Source: Candidatus Woykebacteria bacterium (GTDB lineage: Bacteria; Patescibacteriota; Microgenomatia; Woykebacterales; RBG-16-39-9b). Taken from it: a stretch of DNA of 64,000 bases. A program made the position numbers and the translations under genes. A model generated the notes under the pieces. It saw nothing but the letters and a program-made list of their open reading frames with translations. It was not told the origin of the DNA and searched no databases. Positions 9,161 to 16,006 of this stretch are shown piece after piece (position 1 is the stretch's first letter; each line of letters opens with the position of its first letter). The stretch lies in the NCBI GenBank assembly GCA_040876265.1, contig JBBDPN010000002.1, forward strand, positions 100,818 through 164,817. The letters are read 5' to 3'.

Positions 9161-9505
9161 ATGGAATTACTCCTACTTCTTCTCACGACAACCGGATACA
9201 AATCTGGAAAGAAACATACGGTACCGCTCGGTTTTTTAAAAGACGGTACGAATTATATTGTAACCGCTTCTAATGCTGGCCGGGACCAAAATCCAGACTG
9301 GTTTTTAAATTTGAGAAGAAATCCAGAAGTTACGATCCGACTACAAGGTGTTGAGAGGAAAGTAAACGCAGAAGTCGTCAATCCAAAAGAACGAGAGCGT
9401 CTTTGGAAGAAACTAATGATCGAGGCTCCTTCTTATCAACGTTATGAGAAACAGACAAAACGCACTATTCCAATGGTAATATTACGCCCAATTAGCGAAA
9501 AATAA
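9161..9505 (+). CDS. deazaflavin (F420H2)-dependent nitroreductase family protein (Ddn/DUF385, PNPOx-like)
   Basis: LLLTTTGYKSGKKHTVPL...NPDWFLNLRRNPEVTI...ERERLWKKL...YQRYEKQTKRTIPMVIL matches the DUF385/Ddn family consensus. Confidence 0.7.
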   Translation: MELLLLLLTTTGYKSGKKHTVPLGFLKDGTNYIVTASNAGRDQNPDWFLNLRRNPEVTIRLQGVERKVNAEVVNPKERERLWKKLMIEAPSYQRYEKQTKRTIPMVILRPISEK

Positions 9506-9541
9506 CCTGATCTCTCTCCTCTATAGTCAGTATCCGTTTTC

Positions 9542-9724
9542 TTACATACCAGTCTGGCCGCCACTACTCTTATCACCGTTGTCTCCGCTTTCACCGCCTT
9601 CCTGGCCTTGTTCGCTGCCTTCGCCTTGGCCTTCGCCACCATTACCTTCCTTTTCCTCGCCATTATCATCTGATCCACCCGTTGCTGGGTTGTTTACATC
9701 TGGCATATCGTCCACAAACATCAC
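9542..9724 (-). CDS. small intrinsically disordered acidic Gly/Glu/Gln-rich protein (60 aa)
   Basis: strong RBS AAAGGAGGTG directly upstream of ATG; no hydrophobic core, no Cys. Confidence 0.4.
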   Translation of the reverse strand: MMFVDDMPDVNNPATGGSDDNGEEKEGNGGEGQGEGSEQGQEGGESGDNGDKSSGGQTGM

Positions 9725-9826
9725 CTCCTTTATAACTAGTTTATTATCTCAAAAAAGTGGGCAATTGCAACTATAACAATGGTTGTTAAATAACCCAAAT
9801 CACGTAGATGATATACTGGATCTTCC

Positions 9827-10375
9827 ATGAAAGATCTAGAAACAGCAACCCTGGCAGGAGGGTGCTTTTGGTGCACAGAAGCTGTCTTTAAAAGGTTAAG
9901 AGGGGTGATAAGGGTTCTCCCAGGGTATGCAGGAGGCGATGTAAAAAATCCCTCTTATGAGCAGGTTTCAGCAGGAACAACCGGTCACGCCGAAGCTGCC
10001 CAAATAAAATTTGACCCACAGGTGATTTCTTACGAGCAACTTCTCGAGGTATTTTTCAAACTTCACGATCCCACGCAAATGAATCGCCAAGGCAATGACG
10101 TGGGTAAGCAGTACCGATCGGCCATTTTTTATCACAACGAAAATCAAAAAAAGGCAGTTGAAGCAAAAATAAAAGCGTTGGAAATGAACCCAGATCTAAA
10201 AGGTAAAATAGTTACCCAAATAGAGCCTTTCCAATCTTTCTACGAAGCAGAAGATTATCACAAAGATTACTACGATAAAAATAAAACCGCTGGTTATTGC
10301 CAGGTGATAATCGATCCAAAAATCCACAAGCTTTACAAAGAATTTTCTGATCTAACGAAGGAAGGAGGTGACTAG
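9827..10375 (+). CDS. msrA: peptide-methionine (S)-S-oxide reductase MsrA
   Basis: GGCFWCTEAVF active-site motif and full-length MsrA similarity. Confidence 0.9.
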   Translation: MKDLETATLAGGCFWCTEAVFKRLRGVIRVLPGYAGGDVKNPSYEQVSAGTTGHAEAAQIKFDPQVISYEQLLEVFFKLHDPTQMNRQGNDVGKQYRSAIFYHNENQKKAVEAKIKALEMNPDLKGKIVTQIEPFQSFYEAEDYHKDYYDKNKTAGYCQVIIDPKIHKLYKEFSDLTKEGGD

Positions 10376-10377
10376 AT

Positions 10378-10578
10378 ATGAAATACACCATGCATTGTCC
10401 TGTAGAAACCTGCGAGCACGTCATGGAAGCTGATGCAGAAAACGATGACGAAGCTGTAGGAAAGCTCATCGCGGCTGGAGACGCTCATTTTGCAGAAGTT
10501 GGGCACCCAATGGATCAATCTATGACTCCTGAAATGAAAGATAAAATGACCAGCGAGCACATGCAAAAGGAAGGCTAA
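10378..10578 (+). CDS. DUF1059-like small metal-binding protein
   Basis: 66 aa, MKYTMHCP..C.H......D.A...H.....H pattern; RBS AGGAAGGAGGTG upstream; translationally coupled to msrA. Confidence 0.45.
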   Translation: MKYTMHCPVETCEHVMEADAENDDEAVGKLIAAGDAHFAEVGHPMDQSMTPEMKDKMTSEHMQKEG

Positions 10579-11204
10579 GATGTTCTTGCTGAAGCTTCAT
10601 TGAAGAGCGAGCCGCCTTTTATATACGCGTAAGCAAACGAGGCTAGTTCCAACACGAGAAAAACTCCTGCAAGGATACTCCAAATACTTATTCGCTGCAA
10701 AGCTGTGTGAAAAAGAATTAATAGTAAAGCCACGTAAACCAACCGGTGCAGGGGTTTCCACCACTTCCCCAGCCGCCGGACGCTGAAATTATTCGATGTA
10801 GCAAACATGAAAAACAAAATCATCAGTGCCGAAGAACCAAATATCTGAAAAAGTGGAATCATGATAGGTTCGATCCCCGCCAATTTGGGCAAAGTAACTA
10901 AATGGTAATGGGTGAAGGCGAGTAGAAAGACCAGTATTCCCAGTCTCCTTCGGTAAAGTGTAATGATTCGACTTATCTTAAATTCAATTCCAAGTCTTCC
11001 GATTATTCCGGGAGTAATCACAACCAAAAGTACAGAAAGCGCGGCTCTGCCAAACCACGCTCTCTTTACAGCAAAAAAATTGTAAATTTCCTGATCATTG
11101 TAAATTGAATACGCAGTAACAAGAACGACGCCAACTAACACTAGATACAATGCGTTGGTGAAGAGATGGACGACAGAACTGTTTCTCGCAAAAGCCTCAA
11201 ACAA
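10575..11204 (-). CDS. ferric-reductase-like transmembrane heme-binding protein (MsrQ/YedZ-like)
   Basis: 6 TM helices, RRLGKWWKPLHRLVY motif and conserved His pairs characteristic of MsrQ/FRD TM domain. Confidence 0.55.
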   Translation of the reverse strand: MFEAFARNSSVVHLFTNALYLVLVGVVLVTAYSIYNDQEIYNFFAVKRAWFGRAALSVLLVVITPGIIGRLGIEFKISRIITLYRRRLGILVFLLAFTHYHLVTLPKLAGIEPIMIPLFQIFGSSALMILFFMFATSNNFSVRRLGKWWKPLHRLVYVALLLILFHTALQRISIWSILAGVFLVLELASFAYAYIKGGSLFNEASARTS

Positions 11205-11384
11205 GCTATCTTGCCAAACTTACGGTTTATTTGGTGTGGAAGTACTCATCAGGAGAAATTATATCAAACTAGTTCGAAAACTTAGTTAAAAAAGTTCTGC
11301 CAACCGATCAAGGGCTTTTTACCAATACTCCTGCATTTTTTCGTACGTAAGTCAAAATTTACAACTTCTTGTATACTTTTAAAC

Positions 11385-11837
11385 ATGCAAAGTAATGCGA
11401 AGACAGTAGAGGAATACATTTCTTCCCTTACAGCTGAACGGGCTGAAGCAATAAAAAAAGTGCGCGAAGTTATTCTAAAAAATCTACCTCCTGGCTATGA
11501 AGAAAATATGAATTGGGGAATGATCAGCTACGAAATCCCTCTATCGAAATTTTCTGACACTTATAACAAACAGCCTTTAGGTATCGTTGCTCTTGCCTCG
11601 CAAAAACAGCATATGTCAGTGTATCTCATGAGTATATACGCGGATCCAAAGATGGAGAAGTGGTTTACGGATGAATATAAAAAATCTGGAAAAAGGATGG
11701 ATATAGGTAAATCTTGTGTGAGATTTCGCAAACTGGAAAACCTCCCGCTTGATCTTATTGGCAAAGCGATAGCAAAATCTCCTTCTCCTGATGATTACAT
11801 CTCATTCTACAAAAAAAGCAGGGGGTTACGTAAGTGA
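11385..11837 (+). CDS. DUF1801 (YdhG-like) domain protein
   Basis: VEEYISSL..E.AEAIKKVREVI....P...E...WGMISY pattern of DUF1801. Confidence 0.55.
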   Translation: MQSNAKTVEEYISSLTAERAEAIKKVREVILKNLPPGYEENMNWGMISYEIPLSKFSDTYNKQPLGIVALASQKQHMSVYLMSIYADPKMEKWFTDEYKKSGKRMDIGKSCVRFRKLENLPLDLIGKAIAKSPSPDDYISFYKKSRGLRK

Positions 11838-12826
11838 CCACCTTTATATTTTTTCTCCTTGGTCTTGCTATTCTTATCAAAGGTGCTGACTATCTTGTAG
11901 ACGGAGCCTCCTCTGTATCTTTAAAACTAAAGATAAGTCCTTTGGTAATTGGTCTCACCGTAGTCGCTTTTGGTACCTCTGCTCCAGAACTTGTGGTTTC
12001 GGTACTCAGCGCCCTGCGTGGTAGCACACAACTAGCCTTGGGTAACGCCGTAGGATCCAACATCTTCAATATCCTGGTAGTTTTGGGTTTGGCAGCGATA
12101 GTTTATCCCCTGACTGTCCAAAAAAGTACTGTTTGGAAAGAAATTCCAATGTCTTTCCTAGCGGCCGTGGTGCTTACTGTTCTAGGAGTGCAAGTCTTAC
12201 TAGACGAAAAGGCTTTTTCTCCTCTTTTGAAGGCTCTCAATTCTCCAGAAATAATCGGTGGTATTACCCTCAGTAATGGTCTGATACTTCTATTCTTTTT
12301 CATAATTTTTCTTTACTACACGTTTGGGATGGCCAAAGAAAATGCGGATGAAGAAAGCACTATAAAGGAGGCGAGCATCCCTAAATCTGTTTTTTGGATA
12401 TTCTTGGGGCTAATCGGTTTGGCACTTGGGAGCGGTTTGGCGGTGGAAAATGCCGTAACTATTGCTAAAAATCTGGGAGTTAGTGAGAGCTTGATTGGTC
12501 TTACCCTACTGGCGGTTGGTACCAGTTTGCCCGAACTTTTTACCAGTATATCAGCAGCTTTGAAGAAAAACACTGATATTGCAGTGGGCAATGTCGTGGG
12601 TTCCAATATTTTTAATATTATGCTGGTACTGGGGATCACTTCCCTTATTCACCCTATCCCCTTGAGCGGGCAAAATCTAGTGGATATCCTAGTGCTTTTT
12701 GGGGCTACGCTGCTGTTATTTGCGGCTCTTTTTGTAATCGGGAAACACAAAATTACCCGAGTGGAGGGTGCCTTGATGTTTACCTCTTACCTAGCATATC
12801 TAGGTTTTCTCATTTATAGAGGTTGA
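11834..12826 (+). CDS. Ca2+/Na+ antiporter, CaCA family (YrbG-like)
   Basis: two alpha-repeats GNAVGSNIFNILVVLG / GNVVGSNIFNIMLVLG, 10 TM helices. Confidence 0.85.
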   Translation: MTTFIFFLLGLAILIKGADYLVDGASSVSLKLKISPLVIGLTVVAFGTSAPELVVSVLSALRGSTQLALGNAVGSNIFNILVVLGLAAIVYPLTVQKSTVWKEIPMSFLAAVVLTVLGVQVLLDEKAFSPLLKALNSPEIIGGITLSNGLILLFFFIIFLYYTFGMAKENADEESTIKEASIPKSVFWIFLGLIGLALGSGLAVENAVTIAKNLGVSESLIGLTLLAVGTSLPELFTSISAALKKNTDIAVGNVVGSNIFNIMLVLGITSLIHPIPLSGQNLVDILVLFGATLLLFAALFVIGKHKITRVEGALMFTSYLAYLGFLIYRG

Positions 12827-12844
12827 CTACAAATCGTTAAAAAT

Positions 12845-13084
12845 TTATTTCCTTGCTGCTGGAGGTTTCTTGCGGTTGCTAAAATACTGACGACGGGCTT
12901 CTTTGGCAGCAAGCTGTTCTTCAACCTTTTTTTGGCAATCTTTATCTGGGCAAACGAAAAGAGTTATCTTCACCACTGAAGAGTTTAGAACCATAGTCTT
13001 TTCGCTTGCTTTTACACGCTCTTTACCACACCGAATACACAGGGTTGCCTTCATAGGTATATTTCTCGGTGGGCAGGTAACCAA
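12845..13084 (-). CDS. small zinc-ribbon protein (C-x2-C ... C-x4-C), hypothetical
   Basis: four Cys in two pairs, basic C-terminus; probable start at internal MKATLCIRCGK. Confidence 0.35.
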   Translation of the reverse strand: MVTCPPRNIPMKATLCIRCGKERVKASEKTMVLNSSVVKITLFVCPDKDCQKKVEEQLAAKEARRQYFSNRKKPPAARK

Positions 13085-13095
13085 GAACCTTTAGT

Positions 13096-13431
13096 TTAGT
13101 ATCTACGACCGCCGCCTCGACGATCTGGACCACGCTGGTTAAAACCGCCTGGTCGCTCTTCCCTAGGTCGGGCTTCATTTACAACGATGGTGCGTCCAGA
13201 AAGCTCTTTACCATTTAATTGCTCTACTGCTTTCTGAGCGTCTTCATCGCTTGCCATCTCAACAAAGCCAAAACCCTTTGAATTGCCGCTGAATTTATCT
13301 GTTATTAAATTTACAGACTCCACAGCCCCGACAGAAGAAAATAGCTCTTCCAGTTGGTCCTGGGTAACTTCATAAGCTAGGGAACCGACAAATAGTCGCT
13401 TAGCCATATTTTCCTTTCTAGCAAGATTCAC
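13096..13431 (-). CDS. RNA-binding protein with RRM domain and Gly/Arg-rich tail
   Basis: RNP-2 LFVGSL and RNP-1 KGFGFVEM motifs; C-terminal RGG/RR repeat. Confidence 0.9.
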   Translation of the reverse strand: MNLARKENMAKRLFVGSLAYEVTQDQLEELFSSVGAVESVNLITDKFSGNSKGFGFVEMASDEDAQKAVEQLNGKELSGRTIVVNEARPREERPGGFNQRGPDRRGGGRRY

Positions 13432-13555
13432 ACATCTGCCAAGCGCCCAACTTCTTCTTCTGGAGAACAGAGAGTAGAGAAATTAAGGAAATTGTAATGG
13501 AAGCATTATACCACAATCGTCTAAATATTGGTGGGAAGCGGAGGTTGAAAGAGGC

Positions 13556-13741
13556 TTAACCTTGCCCGTCACCAACGTCCTGGCCTTCTTGATTTTCTCC
13601 ATTTTGACCTACCTCTACGTGATTTTCTCCTGGTACAGATGGGGCGTCAGGATGGGTTTCTTTGTGGTGACCATCTACTTCTTCGGGACTTTTGAAAACT
13701 TTGGTACCACAGGTTTTACAGGCTAAAGACCTATCCAGCAT
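13556..13741 (-). CDS. small protein with C2H2-like zinc-finger spacing and acidic Gly/Gln/Glu-rich tail
   Basis: CKTC-x13-HH-x3-H; AGGAGGTG RBS 5 nt upstream of ATG (MLDRSLAC...); tail NGENQEGQDVGDGQG. Confidence 0.4.
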   Translation of the reverse strand: MLDRSLACKTCGTKVFKSPEEVDGHHKETHPDAPSVPGENHVEVGQNGENQEGQDVGDGQG

Positions 13742-13835
13742 ATACTTCACCTCCTGTTTTAATTATAGCCTAAATATTAAAATGGCTTTGAAGCGTAGAG
13801 GAAGATAGGCTCTCTTACTTGGTTTGCTATTGTTT

Positions 13836-14033
13836 TCAGGCAAGCTTTACGTTTTTTGCACTTGGGCCTTTGTCGCCATCCACAACATCAAACTCAACGG
13901 CGGCTCCTTCTTGAAGCTCGTCAAAAGTAACGCCATTTAAATCGTTTGAGTGGAAGAAAAGATCTTTTTCTTCACCTTCACGAGAAATAAATCCGTAGCC
14001 TTTATCTGTTTTTGTTTTGACTGTTCCGTTCAT
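13836..14033 (-). CDS. csp: cold-shock protein (CspA family)
   Basis: KGYGFI ... FFH RNA-binding motifs; start at MNGTVKTK with GGAGGTACC RBS (ORF-track TTG start upstream is unlikely). Confidence 0.85.
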   Translation of the reverse strand: MNGTVKTKTDKGYGFISREGEEKDLFFHSNDLNGVTFDELQEGAAVEFDVVDGDKGPSAKNVKLA

Positions 14034-14111
14034 ATGGTACCTCCTTTCGTTCCTTATTATAAAGTATCCAGGGGTAATTACCAAATTTTAAGGGAACGCA
14101 GCTAATATTCG

Positions 14112-14186
14112 TGGCTCCCCGGGCAGGATTCGAACCTGCAACCTTGAAGTTAACAGCTTCCTGCTCTACCATTGAGCTACCGGGGA
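14112..14186 (-). tRNA. tRNA-Asn (anticodon GTT), CCA encoded
   Basis: cloverleaf TCCCCGG-TA-GCTC-AATGGTA-GAGC-A-GGAAG-CTGTTAA-CTTCA-AGGTT-GCAGG-TTCGAAT-CCTGC-CCGGGGA-G-CCA. Confidence 0.85.
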
Positions 14187-14419
14187 ATAATGGACTTCAA
14201 AAATTCTTTACCTATTCCGCTTTTTAGATATTTCTCTCTTTTCCTTGCTTGCAAACGAGTTGCTGTTTCCTCTTTATACAAAATTTTCCACGGTCTGTAA
14301 CCTTTTGTTGAAAATACTCTTCCCAAATTATGTTCTCTTATTCTTCTGCCCAAATTCGTGGTGAAACCAACGTAAATCCTTCCGTCTTTTTCACTTATTA
14401 AACCATAAACTGTAACCAT
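14177..14419 (-). CDS. GIY-YIG nuclease family protein (YhbQ/UPF0213-like, 80 aa)
   Basis: VYGLISEKDGRIYVGFTTNLGRRIREHN matches GIY...YIG...R..EH core; stop codon TAG lies inside the tRNA-Asn acceptor stem. Confidence 0.7.
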   Translation of the reverse strand: MVTVYGLISEKDGRIYVGFTTNLGRRIREHNLGRVFSTKGYRPWKILYKEETATRLQARKREKYLKSGIGKEFLKSIIPR

Positions 14420-14421
14420 AG

Positions 14422-14496
14422 TTTACAGCTTCCTGCTCCCTGCCTACCGACAGGCAGGTACCATTGATCCGCCGGCTGGTGGAGAGCTACCGGGGA
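14422..14496 (-). pseudogene. degenerate copy of tRNA-Asn 5' half (acceptor to anticodon loop) interrupted by two hairpin insertions
   Basis: shares TCCCCGGTAGCTC / AATGGTA / GAGCAGGAAGCTGTaAAC blocks with tRNA-Asn at 14112-14186; inserted 18-nt and 20-nt (perfect hairpin CCTGCCT-GTCGGT-AGGCAGG) segments; ends 2 nt before GIY-YIG start. Confidence 0.6.
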
Positions 14497-14609
14497 ACGC
14501 GAATTGCTATTTTAGCATTTTACACCAACCTATTCAAGCCTTAGCCATTTTAACTGTTTACTTTTTCCTCTATCTTTGCTAAAGTGGGCCCCAGCAAAGG
14601 AAGGGCTTT

Positions 14610-15131
14610 ATGAACAAAGTATTCGGAAAGCTGATCGACTTTATTTCCCCACCTACTCTTGTTTACGCTCATTGCGATATTCCTTGCGGAATTTATGACC
14701 CGCACAACGCCCAAATGGCTGCTCACACCGTAATCCGTATGACGACTCTTATCAACGAGCTTCCAGAGCCAAAACCGGATTGGAAAAAGAAAGAGGCTGA
14801 CAGCTGGGCCCACAAACTTTCCAGATACACATCTGTCAAAGAAGAGCACGCCGAACTAGTGAACCGGGAGATAAGAATTTTGTGGGCTGACTACTTTAAA
14901 CCCGAGCATCTGAATAAACATCCAAAACTGCACGAAATAGTCTGGAATATCCTGAAAACCGCATCAAAAGCTAGACAAGAGGTGGATATCCAAGTGGCCG
15001 ATAAACTACTAGACGAGGTTAACACTCTAGCAGAAATTTTTTGGCAGACAAAAAATATGGGGCACACAAAATTCAGAGCGCCTTACCCTACCGAAAGAGA
15101 AACAGTGTACCCAACTTCGAAGAAAAATTGA
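14610..15131 (+). CDS. sodN: nickel superoxide dismutase precursor (SodN) with N-terminal propeptide
   Basis: HCDIPCGIYDP nickel-hook motif located after a ~19-aa leader (processing site after ...LVYA). Confidence 0.85.
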   Translation: MNKVFGKLIDFISPPTLVYAHCDIPCGIYDPHNAQMAAHTVIRMTTLINELPEPKPDWKKKEADSWAHKLSRYTSVKEEHAELVNREIRILWADYFKPEHLNKHPKLHEIVWNILKTASKARQEVDIQVADKLLDEVNTLAEIFWQTKNMGHTKFRAPYPTERETVYPTSKKN

Positions 15132-15134
15132 TTT

Positions 15135-15428
15135 ATGCTACCTATCAGAAGCTTTATCGTCAAAGGTCACAGTATGCAGCCGAGCCTCTCTGAAGGCGAT
15201 CACATTTTGGTAAACAAGTGGGCTTATTTGTTTTCCAGACCAAAAGTTGGAGATGTCGTAGTCTTCAAAAGTATAAACGAGGGTAAGTATATTCTAAAAC
15301 GGATCCAAAAAATTGCTACCCAGGGATTAATTGTCAGGGGCGATAACAAAGTAGACAGCGCTGATAGTAGTTTCTTTGGAATTATTAAGCCAGAACAAGT
15401 ACTGGGTAGGTTTTTAACCAAATATTAA
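15135..15428 (+). CDS. sodX: Ni-SOD maturation protease (SodX, S26 signal-peptidase-like)
   Basis: VKGHSMQPSLSEGD catalytic Ser motif of S26 family; immediately downstream of sodN. Confidence 0.8.
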   Translation: MLPIRSFIVKGHSMQPSLSEGDHILVNKWAYLFSRPKVGDVVVFKSINEGKYILKRIQKIATQGLIVRGDNKVDSADSSFFGIIKPEQVLGRFLTKY

Positions 15429-15429
15429 A

Positions 15430-15690
15430 ATGAAGTTAAAGATTAGTAGAGTACGGCTCTTTGAATTTTTTATTGTCGGTTTGCTGCTTGGTGTGATCGA
15501 AGATCTACTTGCTATTTGGCTGGCTACTGATTCAATGATCGATTTACGAGTAATATTAATTGCCGCCTTGGTAGCTCTTCCCTTTGCGTTTGTGAGTGAG
15601 ATAGTTGTTGATCTCCGTCACTTACCAGCGGGCTTGAAGAGATTTCTAAAAATGGAAGAAGAGAGTATTTTCAAGAGACTAAAATTTTAG
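15430..15690 (+). CDS. small membrane protein, hypothetical
   Basis: two predicted TM helices; coupled to sodX (2-nt spacing). Confidence 0.4.
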   Translation: MKLKISRVRLFEFFIVGLLLGVIEDLLAIWLATDSMIDLRVILIAALVALPFAFVSEIVVDLRHLPAGLKRFLKMEEESIFKRLKF

Positions 15691-15729
15691 CCCGCCTTCG
15701 CTAAAGCTTCGGCGGATTTGCGCTGCGTT

Positions 15730-15933
15730 TCAACAAAATTCGCAGGTCAGGGCCTTACCTTCTTTTTTCTTCTGCTCTACTCTTGGCCCCGCGTCGCAGC
15801 AAGCATCACAACAAAAATGTCCGTCTTCTTTTCGAACGCCTTCACCGGGTGCAAGTTTTTTGCCACAGTTTGGGCAAGTCTTTCCGTCAGCTAACGGATT
15901 TTCTTTTGTGTCGGTTCCGCCAAAAAAACCCAT
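15730..15933 (-). CDS. small Cys-rich protein (9 Cys in 67 aa; CPNC, CCDACC, CEFC), possible metal-binding/metallothionein-like
   Basis: Cys spacing; divergently placed next to cation P-type ATPase. Confidence 0.4.
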   Translation of the reverse strand: MGFFGGTDTKENPLADGKTCPNCGKKLAPGEGVRKEDGHFCCDACCDAGPRVEQKKKEGKALTCEFC

Positions 15934-16006
15934 ATTAAATTTATATTACCTGTATGTATTGAATACTGTCAAATCTCCATTACAACTAACCTAGCAATAC
16001 ATTATA

